Positions 6,985 to 16,587 of a stretch of 64,000 nt of DNA are shown here, in pieces. The stretch's first letter is position 1. Every line of letters starts with the position of its first letter. The position numbers and the translations under genes are program-made. The stretch comes from a virus. Its lineage: Duplodnaviria; Caudoviricetes. The stretch spans positions 1 to 64,000 of the IMG/VR virus record IMGVR_UViG_3300032330_000956, one strand, 5' to 3'. The notes under the pieces were generated by a model. It ran no database searches. It worked only from the letters and a program-made list of their open reading frames with translations, and had not been told where the DNA came from.

Positions 6985-7249
6985 TCTTTTTCTTCCTAAA
7001 CTTTTTAGGCTTAACTTTCTTTACATCAAAGACATAAAATGATCTAAATCCATCTCCACCCACAACGTCAATCCATTCTGTTTGAGTTTTTGTGTTATAA
7101 ACATGACGAATAAACTTGTATTCTCCACGATTAAATTTAACTTTAACCTTATCTCCTGGAACTAAAACATCCTTGCCCTGAGTATATTCCTCAGAAACTT
7201 TCCAATTGGGGTTCAAGTTAATTGGTGTTTCTTGTTTTTGTTTCGCCAT
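6974..7249 (-). CDS. Hypothetical basic SH3-like protein
   Basis: ORF-track 6974..7297. The start is more likely MAKQK at 7249, just after the upstream ORF stop. Confidence 0.65.
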   Translation of the reverse strand: MAKQKQETPINLNPNWKVSEEYTQGKDVLVPGDKVKVKFNRGEYKFIRHVYNTKTQTEWIDVVGGDGFRSFYVFDVKKVKPKKFRKKKNVN

Positions 7250-7250
7250 T

Positions 7251-7424
7251 TTAGCGATACCCTCCTGATGTAGGTGCCCATACAGACACATTTCCAATTT
7301 TTAATGTTCTGGTTAACTGATTTTTACATTCTTCGCAAACCTGATTATCTCTTTCATCAATTGGGATAAACATTTTATCCACAGACGTTTCACAGGTGTT
7401 GCACTCATAATAATATGTTGGCAT
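7251..7424 (-). CDS. FmdB-family zinc-ribbon protein (57 aa, not in the ORF track)
   Basis: Translated by hand: MPTYYYECNTCETSVDKMFIPIDERDNQVCEECKNQLTRTLKIGNVSVWAPTSGGYR, with an MPTY.Y.CxxC...CxxC signature. Confidence 0.85.
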   Translation of the reverse strand: MPTYYYECNTCETSVDKMFIPIDERDNQVCEECKNQLTRTLKIGNVSVWAPTSGGYR

Positions 7425-7477
7425 TTAAAATCCTTTTGTTATATACATTATACATTATATGTAGACTTTTGTACAGT

Positions 7478-8089
7478 CTAGTAATTGTCTCCCAGCACTT
7501 CGGGCAGTTCTGCCCAAGGATACTTGCTACACATTTCTTGATAGATATAGCCATCCGCACAGAAATCATTACGATACCAGTATCCTGATTCTTTCCAAAT
7601 ATCTCTATGTGCAACAAGTTGCATTGCATCAATATGTGTTACAACTGGTGGCAAACCTGTAAACGGAACGACACCGCCATTCATTTTAAAATGCAAAACT
7701 TGAAAAATAACAATGCCAACATTAGTTTCATTTAACTTGTTGTTTATTTTTTCAAAAGCTTCTGGGTAAAATACGTTGTCTATATTAAATTGAATAAAGA
7801 ACTCTCCATTTGCTTGCCTCATAGCCAGATCTCTTGATGGATGACCCCATTCACCTAAATGATGGGAAGTATGAATAATGGTTGGATTTAGTCCTAATGC
7901 TTCAAAATCAATTTCATCTGAATATGGAACCTCTTTTGGACCATCGTGACAGATGATTAATTCAAAATCTTTAAATGTTTGATTTGCTAAAGATTCTATT
8001 CCTTTACGAAATCCATCTCTAGGAACATGCTTTTCATAGTCTACCGCAATAATAGAAAATTTAGGTCTTTGCATTATCTCTTCTCCCAA
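7478..8089 (-). CDS. GT2-family glycosyltransferase
   Basis: FSII...IESLANQTFKDFELIICHDG, and NIDN at the DxD position. Confidence 0.88.
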   Translation of the reverse strand: MGEEIMQRPKFSIIAVDYEKHVPRDGFRKGIESLANQTFKDFELIICHDGPKEVPYSDEIDFEALGLNPTIIHTSHHLGEWGHPSRDLAMRQANGEFFIQFNIDNVFYPEAFEKINNKLNETNVGIVIFQVLHFKMNGGVVPFTGLPPVVTHIDAMQLVAHRDIWKESGYWYRNDFCADGYIYQEMCSKYPWAELPEVLGDNY

Positions 8090-8727
8090 TAGTGTAAATT
8101 TTTATTTATATCATTAAATGGATTTTCGTAAGTTTCTTTATCTGGCATACCGCCCCATTTAGATATATAGTAATTTTGATTATGATCCCAGTCTGCATCA
8201 GTTGTTACAGGATTATCTGGGTCATGCTTTTGTGTGGCAGAGCCAACATGGTTAACTGTCACATCTGTTCTTACATAATTTTTTAATCCAGCCAAACGTA
8301 TTCTTCTATGCATATCATTGTCTTCAAAATATGCTGGAAAAAAGTTTTCATCAAACCACCCAACATTTTCAATCAATTGTTTAATATCAACAATGAAGCA
8401 AAAGAAATCCGCATTGCTTACCAGCTTAAATCCTGGCTCATATCGATTTTGATTTGGAGATACAATTACTGCTTTGGTGTATCTGATTGTATCATATAGT
8501 TCTTTGATTGCCCCTTCTGGAAAAGTAACATCATCATTGGCAATAATAGCATAATTGTTCCCGTATTGTAAAGATCTTTTCATTCCTTCATTCCAAGCCC
8601 CCGAAACTCCCCTATTTTCTTTCCAATTATCCATGATAATTGGTTGAACAGGATAGTCTACGGTTGCCATCAACTCGGTAAATAAGTCAAACTTGTTTAA
8701 TACGGGAACAATTAGCGATAGTGTCAT
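8074..8727 (-). CDS. GT2-family glycosyltransferase
   Basis: NRGVSGAWNEG, IANDD, GWFDENFFPAYFEDND and HVGSAT motifs. Confidence 0.88.
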   Translation of the reverse strand: MTLSLIVPVLNKFDLFTELMATVDYPVQPIIMDNWKENRGVSGAWNEGMKRSLQYGNNYAIIANDDVTFPEGAIKELYDTIRYTKAVIVSPNQNRYEPGFKLVSNADFFCFIVDIKQLIENVGWFDENFFPAYFEDNDMHRRIRLAGLKNYVRTDVTVNHVGSATQKHDPDNPVTTDADWDHNQNYYISKWGGMPDKETYENPFNDINKNLHYWEKR

Positions 8728-9738
8728 TTAGAGATTTAACCATTCTGGATGAGCAAGTGTCCACTCTACCGTTTTACGAATTGATTCTTCCAAAGGAATT
8801 GGTAAAGACCATCCAGTTTCAGAAATTTTTGTACCGTCAAGTGCGTAGCGCAAGTCATGCCCTGGGCGTGACGAATGAAAATCTTCCAATTCATAATTCA
8901 AAGGCTTCCCTACAGCATCTGCAATCATTAAAGCCATCTCAAGGTTATCCACTTCACGCTCTCCTACAATATGAAAACGCTGTGGCATATCTGCTTCTCC
9001 GTAGAGAGGAAAATCTTGATTAAGAACATGAAGCAACCCATCTGCTTGATTACGAGCATGCAGGTAAAAACGACTCCCAATCTCTCCTGTTGGAGATGCA
9101 TGAATTTTCATTGGTTCCCCACTGAGAACACGCTTAATTGTCATAGGCATAAACTTTTCTGGATCTTGTGTTTCACCAATAATATTCATTGTGTTGGTGA
9201 TTGCCAGAGGAATACCGTATGTACGCCAATAAGAAAATGCAATATCTTCTTGAGCAGCCTTAGAAGCTGAATACGGATTGCTTGGGAAATGTTGATCTAC
9301 CCATTCACGATGAGCATAACCTGCTGGTGCTGGACCATAAACTTCATCTGTAGATACCTGCAAAAACTTTTCTGGCTGTGCAATTCTAGCCCAGTCAAGT
9401 AGGTGACAAATAAGAGAAACATTGTTAATAATAAACGGGGCTGGATACTCAATGCTTCGATCAACATGGCTTTCGGATGCCACATTAATTACATAATCAA
9501 TCTTACCAAACTCATGTGCGGTTACTGCAGAAATTGGTGCTGTAAAGTCACACCTAATTACTTTAACTCGCTTGTAGGCATCTTCTATGCCCTCACAGGC
9601 TACACGAATTCTATCGGTCAAACCTTTATGTGTAAATGTTGTTGGGCAAACTACATACCAATCTGTATTTACCAAAATGTGGCGAAGTACATGACTTCCA
9701 ACAAAACCACTTGCTCCTGTGAGCAATACTCTTTTCAT
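8728..9738 (-). CDS. rmlB: dTDP-glucose 4,6-dehydratase-like NDP-sugar dehydratase
   Basis: TGASGFVG, AsESHVDRS, STDEVYG, YSASK and RPGHDLRY motifs. Confidence 0.88.
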   Translation of the reverse strand: MKRVLLTGASGFVGSHVLRHILVNTDWYVVCPTTFTHKGLTDRIRVACEGIEDAYKRVKVIRCDFTAPISAVTAHEFGKIDYVINVASESHVDRSIEYPAPFIINNVSLICHLLDWARIAQPEKFLQVSTDEVYGPAPAGYAHREWVDQHFPSNPYSASKAAQEDIAFSYWRTYGIPLAITNTMNIIGETQDPEKFMPMTIKRVLSGEPMKIHASPTGEIGSRFYLHARNQADGLLHVLNQDFPLYGEADMPQRFHIVGEREVDNLEMALMIADAVGKPLNYELEDFHSSRPGHDLRYALDGTKISETGWSLPIPLEESIRKTVEWTLAHPEWLNL

Positions 9739-9763
9739 TATTCTCCTAATTGTATGTTTTGAT

Positions 9764-9772
9764 ATTATAGCA
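9764..9772 (-). promoter_or_regulatory. Internal extended -10 promoter for the rmlB-GT2-GT2 block
   Basis: TGC-TATAAT; AGGAG RBS before rmlB. Confidence 0.6.
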
Positions 9773-9779
9773 AATAATA

Positions 9780-10373
9780 TTAAATACTGCCATAATATCC
9801 TGGACTTTTTGGTCTAACCAAATAAATATCTTTTTGATACCAGTTAACCCTTACCCCAAAATTGCTTAAATTTTTAATATGCTCATAATCAATCCAATGG
9901 GGATTTTCAATCCTTGCAGTTGCTGCTGAAAATGGGTACTCAAAGAGTAGGGCTGTTTTATATGTAGGCACCGCTACTGTACCAACTTGAATAAATGCTA
10001 CAGGATTCATGCAAACTGTGTTGCCATCATTATATCTTAATCCAGGAATCCATATTCCAGCATCTGGATCTTGTAAAATTCTTTGTTGCATAAATTCCGC
10101 AGCACCTTCAGCAAATTCATCATCATCATCAAGTAAGCAAAAATACTCTGTAGTTGTAGCATAAGCTCCCATATTAATTGCTGCACTTCCATATTTATCA
10201 AATTTTTGACCTGTTTTTAGATATGTTACATCTTTTGGTAAAGACTCAAGATCTAAATCTACCGCATCGGCAACCACTATGACATTTTGAAATTGTGATC
10301 TTACTGAATTAATTGCATGAATTAGTGTCGGTCTACCAATTGTTCTAATAATAACTGTTATATTATTTACCAT
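9780..10373 (-). CDS. GT2-like glycosyltransferase
   Basis: ITVIIRTIGRPTL...SV..Q, and YFCLLDDDD. Confidence 0.8.
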   Translation of the reverse strand: MVNNITVIIRTIGRPTLIHAINSVRSQFQNVIVVADAVDLDLESLPKDVTYLKTGQKFDKYGSAAINMGAYATTTEYFCLLDDDDEFAEGAAEFMQQRILQDPDAGIWIPGLRYNDGNTVCMNPVAFIQVGTVAVPTYKTALLFEYPFSAATARIENPHWIDYEHIKNLSNFGVRVNWYQKDIYLVRPKSPGYYGSI

Positions 10374-10984
10374 TTAAAAATCCACCTATAGTCTACGTTT
10401 TGTTCTTCAATATCTGAAAAATCTGGTGATTGTGAGCAAAGTTGAGATACAAAGCTATAAGCCTTTAATTCATTTTGAAGGCTTGCATAATAAATATCTG
10501 CTTGCACATTATTGTTTGTAAAATGTTCGTGTGCAATTTCTATAGTTTTTCTATTAAGAATAAAGGCATGAATAGCATATCCATTTCTAATCCTAATTAT
10601 TTCGGGATGATCTGTTGGCTCGGTACTACTTGAAACAGTATTAAAACCCAAATAAATCATATCCCAATCATTTGGAATATGTTCATATAAACGATTAAAT
10701 TCTTTCTCAAAGTTTTCACAAAACTCAACATCATCCTCAAATATTGCCACAACATCAACATCGTTTTCAAGGCATTTATTTAATACTCTTAGGTGAGATA
10801 TATAATTTCCGTACTGCCCAGCATTCATATAAGTATTATTAATTAAGGTTTTTCCATCTACCGCATCAAATCTTTCAAATACTATGTTATTTTCATTTAA
10901 TAATTTAGTTGATTTTTCCAGCCTATCTTTTCTTCTTTCCAGATTAATCAAATATACCTTGTCTGCAAGTTCATTAATTTTCAT
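10367..10984 (-). CDS. GT25-family glycosyltransferase
   Basis: YLINLERRKDRL, FDAVDG, SH, IFEDD and HAFIL motifs. Confidence 0.88.
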   Translation of the reverse strand: MKINELADKVYLINLERRKDRLEKSTKLLNENNIVFERFDAVDGKTLINNTYMNAGQYGNYISHLRVLNKCLENDVDVVAIFEDDVEFCENFEKEFNRLYEHIPNDWDMIYLGFNTVSSSTEPTDHPEIIRIRNGYAIHAFILNRKTIEIAHEHFTNNNVQADIYYASLQNELKAYSFVSQLCSQSPDFSDIEEQNVDYRWIFKW

Positions 10985-11696
10985 TATTAATCACCGAATT
11001 GATAATCTTATTTTTAAAATCTGTAGTCGAATAGCCATGTTTTCTATTGATCCATCCAATTTTTAAAGACAAATCTTTGCCAGTATAATGCTCTTTATTT
11101 AAATAATCTTCACCCAAAAATCTAATATCATAATGTCCTGAAGACAACATCTCTTCCAACTCCCACTCGTATTCATAAATATTAATGTCGTCTACATACT
11201 TTAGGGCTAATAAGATTTCTGCACGTTCCGCCCATGTGTGAATAGGCTTTACCTTACCTCTTTCTAGAGATGGATCCATGTGCAAGGCAACTGTTAAATG
11301 ATTACATTTTTCTTTTGCTTCCTTGAACATCTTTATATATCCTGGATGGATAACATCAAAAGCACCAGCAATAATTCCATTCTTTTTTGGACCTACCGAC
11401 TTTTTCCAATCATCAATATGCACTGCCCTATCATCAATATACTGATGGGCAAAAGGCTTTTTATTCATAATTAATTTATGATACTTAACCCCCCAAAGTT
11501 GAAGTTGATTTTCTGTTAATGCGGTATGATCTTTTTTACTTACAGAGCCTCTGGCAGTCATAACAATGATTGTGTTACCATCATTATAGAGTTCATTAAT
11601 TTTATCTACCACAAAAATATCTGGTTCTGCCATTTCATATTGACTATTTTCTACAGAACTACAAATTGTTCCATCTAGGTCAAAGCAATAAATCAT
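10974..11696 (-). CDS. HAD phosphatase fused to a cytidylyltransferase-like nucleotidyltransferase
   Basis: N-terminal FDLDGT...TARG...KP...YIDDR; C-terminal GAFDVIHPGY...R...L..LKYVD...GYSTT. True start is MIYCF at 11696 (ATGA overlap with gmhA). Confidence 0.85.
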   Translation of the reverse strand: MIYCFDLDGTICSSVENSQYEMAEPDIFVVDKINELYNDGNTIIVMTARGSVSKKDHTALTENQLQLWGVKYHKLIMNKKPFAHQYIDDRAVHIDDWKKSVGPKKNGIIAGAFDVIHPGYIKMFKEAKEKCNHLTVALHMDPSLERGKVKPIHTWAERAEILLALKYVDDINIYEYEWELEEMLSSGHYDIRFLGEDYLNKEHYTGKDLSLKIGWINRKHGYSTTDFKNKIINSVINNEN

Positions 11697-12205
11697 TCGC
11701 ACTCTACAATTCCATGTAGGAAAACCTGATGAATACACTCCGCTACACCATAACTATTTGTTGGTATGTAATAATTAAATTTAGATTTTACAGAAGAAAT
11801 TCTTACTGGATTGTTAGGGTCAAAGGCTGTCAATACTCCAAAATCAATATTATTTTTAATACAATATTTAACAGCCTCAAGAATATTTTGCGATTTGCCA
11901 GAAGAACTAATTAAGATTACAAGAGTATCACTACCAGCATAGAATTCTAAAAATTTTGCGTATGCATCATCTACGCCATAATCATTCATAAAGCATGTAA
12001 GCATTGAAGGATCTGAAAAAGATAAAGCTCTTTTGCCACCCCGCTTTGTCATATCTTGAGCAATATGAGATGCTACTGCATTACTTCCACCATTACCTAA
12101 AATAATAATATTTTGATGACTATTATAGGCTTTTTCAAAATCTTTATAATCTTTTCCATCAAGGATATCTTGAGTTGCTTTAATGCACTCTTTAAAAAAA
12201 TTCAC
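11693..12205 (-). CDS. gmhA: Sedoheptulose-7-phosphate isomerase (SIS domain)
   Basis: GNGGS, NDYG and SSSGKSQNIL motifs. Confidence 0.85.
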   Translation of the reverse strand: MNFFKECIKATQDILDGKDYKDFEKAYNSHQNIIILGNGGSNAVASHIAQDMTKRGGKRALSFSDPSMLTCFMNDYGVDDAYAKFLEFYAGSDTLVILISSSGKSQNILEAVKYCIKNNIDFGVLTAFDPNNPVRISSVKSKFNYYIPTNSYGVAECIHQVFLHGIVECE

Positions 12206-13149
12206 AGAATTACTCCATCTACTCCATCTGTCGACATACTAATTTTAACACAATCTTTAGAAATACTCAAGGTATTTTTTTTGGAGAATATCAGAAAAAA
12301 CCCTCCGTTACCAGCACCACAAAGCTTGTGTGCTAAAACATCATTATTTTTTGATAAGCTATTATCAAGTTCTTTAATGATTGGATTTCCAATTATCATG
12401 CTACTAGTATTTTTCTTTTCATTCCAACTTTTTTTAAAAATTTGAAAAAACTCATCATAGTTTTTATTTTTAAGAGCATAATCAGCATCTTCAACCAAAC
12501 TTATCAATGGGAGAGATTTATCTATATTTTCAGTTACATCTTTAAGAACTTCTTTAGAATTTCTTGTTACTCCAGTAAATAATAAATGCATGTCATACTG
12601 ATCAAATAGATCTGTTGATAAAAATTTATACTTTACAGACTCATCATCAAAAAATTCAATTCTTTTAAAACCACCAATACCACAACCATGTGGATCCTGA
12701 TAACCACAATAGGGATTAAATTTTAATTCTAACTCATAAGCCAGAGAGCATATTTCGCTGTCTGTCATAATAATATTTTGAAATATTGTCACGGCTTTAA
12801 TCAGGCTTATCAGGTATGATGATGAGGACGCAAGACCGCTACCCTGTGAATAAACATCGCTAGTAAGGGTTATCTGAACAGGCTCTACATTAAAATATTC
12901 TAAAACACATCTAACTAATTCATTTTTAATTTCAGAAATCTTGGACACCTCTTCTCTTATTGAATAATTAATCACATATTTGTGGTTGTATTTATTTGCC
13001 CCCACCCTATCTTGAGTAAGAGTAACATATGTTTTAAGATTTGAAGTAAAACTTATAACAGAACCATATCCAAACTTTTCAATAAAAAATGCATTGTCTG
13101 TGGAACCACCAAAAAGTGAAATTCTTAATGGACAACTTGCAACAATCAC
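12202..13149 (-). CDS. hddA: GHMP-family sugar kinase (D-glycero-D-manno-heptose-7-P kinase-like)
   Basis: PLRISLFGGSTD, GSGLASSSS, GYQD and KLCGAGNGGF motifs. Likely GTG start at 13149 (GTGA overlap). Confidence 0.82.
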   Translation of the reverse strand: MIVASCPLRISLFGGSTDNAFFIEKFGYGSVISFTSNLKTYVTLTQDRVGANKYNHKYVINYSIREEVSKISEIKNELVRCVLEYFNVEPVQITLTSDVYSQGSGLASSSSYLISLIKAVTIFQNIIMTDSEICSLAYELELKFNPYCGYQDPHGCGIGGFKRIEFFDDESVKYKFLSTDLFDQYDMHLLFTGVTRNSKEVLKDVTENIDKSLPLISLVEDADYALKNKNYDEFFQIFKKSWNEKKNTSSMIIGNPIIKELDNSLSKNNDVLAHKLCGAGNGGFFLIFSKKNTLSISKDCVKISMSTDGVDGVIL

Positions 13150-13916
13150 AACACAATCCATTCTTTTGGTCTAAGATCTGACATGTCATAATGACTATAA
13201 TTTATGCCAAACCATTTTTCTGGACAAACAACTTTTTTACCTAAATTATTATTAAGATAAGCCCCCCACCAACTAAAAGAACTATTAGCAATAATATTAC
13301 CTTTAGCATAAGCCATCGTATGCAAATCATCTGCTACCGACCTATTGGTGGCAATCATACATTTTGAAAATATTTCTTGTTGGGAGCACCATTCTGGATC
13401 ATCGGATACAACTATAAAACTTTCTCCATCAAAGACTTCCATTGCTTTTCTATAATAATCTAAGTCGCATACAGGATGAAATTCGGGCTGATTTACATAA
13501 TCACCTCTGCGAACGTGAATGACAATTGAATCACTAGAAAATGCTAGAGGACCCGATTTAAAAGAAAATTCTTTAATTAATTCGTCACGAATATGATCAA
13601 AGTATTTATGGGATTGATAATAACCATTAAGATCTACGTTATCTGGACAATTATTAAAAAGGTCTTCATCGAAATGAAAATGCTTTTCTGGAAGAACAGA
13701 ATTTTCTGGAAGTATTGTTTGCAATACAGTTACATCTGGTAAATTAAAAACATCATACATACTACTACGCATAGGATATCTAGTTCCAAATTCATATTTT
13801 GCAGGGATTGCCCATTCGTATCCATGCTTTGCAGCAATTCCTCTCAATGTGGCATACTGAAACATTTGATTTCCTACATGCCCCATATTACCAAGCTGGC
13901 TAAACGATATTGCCAT
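13146..13916 (-). CDS. GT11 alpha-1,2-fucosyl/colitosyl-transferase
   Basis: GNQMFQYA, GYYQS.KYF, HVRRGDY and IIANSSFSWWGAYL motifs. Confidence 0.92.
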   Translation of the reverse strand: MAISFSQLGNMGHVGNQMFQYATLRGIAAKHGYEWAIPAKYEFGTRYPMRSSMYDVFNLPDVTVLQTILPENSVLPEKHFHFDEDLFNNCPDNVDLNGYYQSHKYFDHIRDELIKEFSFKSGPLAFSSDSIVIHVRRGDYVNQPEFHPVCDLDYYRKAMEVFDGESFIVVSDDPEWCSQQEIFSKCMIATNRSVADDLHTMAYAKGNIIANSSFSWWGAYLNNNLGKKVVCPEKWFGINYSHYDMSDLRPKEWIVL

Positions 13917-14535
13917 TTATCCATACCTCATCAACGCTGTTCTCCCCAAAATTGTATGAATGAATTAAAACAAAGCCCTTGCTCTGCAAAAAATCTCCAA
14001 CTTCATTGGAAAGTTTTTGTTCCTGCCAGTATTGATATGTTTCATTTTCTACATGAAACATGTTTACATTTTTAATTTCATCTAAAAATCCCTCAAGCAC
14101 TTCAAAAGAGCAGCCCTCGGTATCAATTTTTACAAGATCAAATGGTCCCAGAATATTATTATCTTTGATAATATTATTTATTGTATTTACGGAAACAGTA
14201 ATTTTTTTTGCCTTGTCTGAGTACCAATCATCAGTTCTGTCTTTAAGTGATGATGTTCCGACTGCTTCCCAATCATGTGATACCACCATATTAAAATTTG
14301 CATTACCTTTATAGTTTGATATAGCACCATAAATATTTTTAAAATCTGGATAAGAATTTTCAATTAAGGCGTGGCAATCTGGGTTAGCTTCAAATGTAAA
14401 TACATTTTTTGCGTTTAAAGAATCTGCAAGATATTTTGCATCATTGCCGTCTCTAGATCCAATATCAAAAATTGTATTGGCAGTATCGCCAATGTTTGAT
14501 TTATATAAATCTACTAAGTAAGCTAATTTATTCAT
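13900..14535 (-). CDS. FkbM-family SAM methyltransferase
   Basis: IFDIGS.DG, FEANP and KIDTEGCSFEVLEG motifs. Confidence 0.85.
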   Translation of the reverse strand: MNKLAYLVDLYKSNIGDTANTIFDIGSRDGNDAKYLADSLNAKNVFTFEANPDCHALIENSYPDFKNIYGAISNYKGNANFNMVVSHDWEAVGTSSLKDRTDDWYSDKAKKITVSVNTINNIIKDNNILGPFDLVKIDTEGCSFEVLEGFLDEIKNVNMFHVENETYQYWQEQKLSNEVGDFLQSKGFVLIHSYNFGENSVDEVWINGNIV

Positions 14536-15691
14536 TTATATCCTCTAATATCTTTTTTAATAATTTAATTTGTTTCTTTCCAACAAAATGATTATTTCCC
14601 AAGTATACACCAAGATTGTGAATTTGGTCAACTGATGTATTCTTTTTGTTTGTTGTAAGTTCATAATCTTTCAAAAATGGTTGTTTCAATAGGTTGCCAC
14701 TGACAATTGGACGATGTTCAATTTCATGTTCCTCAAACTTGTCAATAAGCTTTTTGTAAATGTCTTTATTCTTAGCAATAATTGGAAAGCAAAAACTACT
14801 ATTAGTTGAATTTTCTGCCACTGGATAAACTTTATCTGGGTATCTATTCACAACTTCACGAAACATCTTATAGTTTTCTCTACGAATTTCAATCATTTTA
14901 TCTAATCTTTTAAGTTGCGAAGATCCAATAATCGCACACATCTCATGATTTCTAAAATTATATCCATCCGTAACAAATAAAAATAATTTGGAAATATCTG
15001 AATATTGCTGTGCATATGAATCATAGTTTATAGACTCTCTAGCCATGCCATGACTACGCTTCATTCTCATAAGATCGTATAGTTCTTTGTCGTTTGTTGA
15101 AACCATCCCGCCCTCAACTGTAGTCATATGATGACCAAAGTAAAAACTAAATGTTGCTCCAGTGCTATTTGCACCACGTTTAATTCCATTTGGATCGGTG
15201 CACCCATGAGATTCACAAACATCATCTAAAATAATTGCACCTGGAAACAACTCTTGACACAATTCATTATTTGCAGAAAATCCTAAAAGATGAGTAACAA
15301 ATATCATTTTGATATCTTTATGTGTTTCAGCAATGTACTTAAGTTGCTCCTCGTCAAAGCTGAAATTATCTATATTAATGTCACAAAAGATTGGCTTAAA
15401 TCCCATTTGAATGATTGGACCAACATTAGTAACCCATGTGCATGCAGGAAGTAATACTTTATCTCCATCCTTTAGACCGTACTTTTCTTTTACGGCAGCA
15501 ATTAGCAAAGAATTTGCTGTGCTGCCAGAAGATACAAATAAAGAATATTTGGCTCCCAGCCAATTGCTCCACTCTTTTTCGAATTTTTTAACTTTAGGAC
15601 CATTTGTAAATTGCTTTGTTGTTAAAACAAATTTAGCCAACTTCATACGATCTTTTGATGTGATTGTGTCTTGCATCAATTTCCAGGTCAT
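14528..15691 (-). CDS. colD: PLP/PMP-dependent NDP-4-keto-6-deoxysugar 3-dehydratase (ColD-like; DegT/DnrJ fold)
   Basis: SSGSTAN, DDVCESHG, and SFYFGHHMTTVEGG with His where aminotransferases carry the Schiff-base Lys; adjacent to gmd and fcl. Confidence 0.75.
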   Translation of the reverse strand: MTWKLMQDTITSKDRMKLAKFVLTTKQFTNGPKVKKFEKEWSNWLGAKYSLFVSSGSTANSLLIAAVKEKYGLKDGDKVLLPACTWVTNVGPIIQMGFKPIFCDINIDNFSFDEEQLKYIAETHKDIKMIFVTHLLGFSANNELCQELFPGAIILDDVCESHGCTDPNGIKRGANSTGATFSFYFGHHMTTVEGGMVSTNDKELYDLMRMKRSHGMARESINYDSYAQQYSDISKLFLFVTDGYNFRNHEMCAIIGSSQLKRLDKMIEIRRENYKMFREVVNRYPDKVYPVAENSTNSSFCFPIIAKNKDIYKKLIDKFEEHEIEHRPIVSGNLLKQPFLKDYELTTNKKNTSVDQIHNLGVYLGNNHFVGKKQIKLLKKILEDINE

Positions 15692-16587
15692 ACATTCTCT
15701 CCATAACTCAATTTAATTCCATCTATCAACCTTGTAGATTGAAAATCTGGGAATATATTCTTTAGCTTCTCTATAGAAACATCTTTTCTTAATTGACCAT
15801 CTGGCTTTTCGCTATCATATATAATGCTCAGGCTGGAGTCGGTGGCAGCCAAAGCAATCTTTGCTATTTCATCTATGGAATAAACTTCATCAGTAGCAAC
15901 ATTAAAACTTTCATAAACATTTCTATCTATGACCATCTTAATAATTAAAGCTAGGTCTTTAGCATACATAAATTGTCTTAATGGTTTGCCACTTCCAAAT
16001 AAAGTAATGTGATCCGAATTAGAATCTTTGGCATCTGAAATCTTTTTTAGTAATGCTGTAACAAAATGACTTTTGTGCTCATCATTCTTATCGCCAAGAC
16101 CATACAAATTACAGGGAATTAAATAATTATAATTAGTTCCATATTGCTTATTATACGATTCAATTTGTACCGCCAGACTTCTTTTGGCATAAGCATAAGA
16201 AAAATTTGTTTCAGTTGGTGGACCGCTGTGCAGATCTTCTTCTGTCATTGGATACTCTTTTGAAATATCTGGATATATGCAGGTACTTAGAATACCTAAA
16301 AATCTTTTTACACCATAAAGATGAGCATATTTTAGTAACAGAGTATTCATCAGAATATTGTCATCAAAGTATTCGGCGGGCTTATTAATATTATCAATAA
16401 TTCCCCCAACCTTTGCAGCTAAATGAATTACTGTATTTGGGCTAAGTTCCCTATACATTCTTTCAACATCTGATTCTTTGATCAGGTCGTAATCTGAAGA
16501 TGACAAATAAATAGCATTTGGCATAATCTCTTTTAAATAAGATCCTACTAAACCCGATCCCCCAGTAACTACGACACTATCCTTCAC
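15688..16587 (-). CDS. fcl: GDP-L-fucose/colitose synthase (epimerase-reductase)
   Basis: [29 protein letters not shown] and PDGQLRK motifs. Confidence 0.9.
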   Translation of the reverse strand: MKDSVVVTGGSGLVGSYLKEIMPNAIYLSSSDYDLIKESDVERMYRELSPNTVIHLAAKVGGIIDNINKPAEYFDDNILMNTLLLKYAHLYGVKRFLGILSTCIYPDISKEYPMTEEDLHSGPPTETNFSYAYAKRSLAVQIESYNKQYGTNYNYLIPCNLYGLGDKNDEHKSHFVTALLKKISDAKDSNSDHITLFGSGKPLRQFMYAKDLALIIKMVIDRNVYESFNVATDEVYSIDEIAKIALAATDSSLSIIYDSEKPDGQLRKDVSIEKLKNIFPDFQSTRLIDGIKLSYGENV

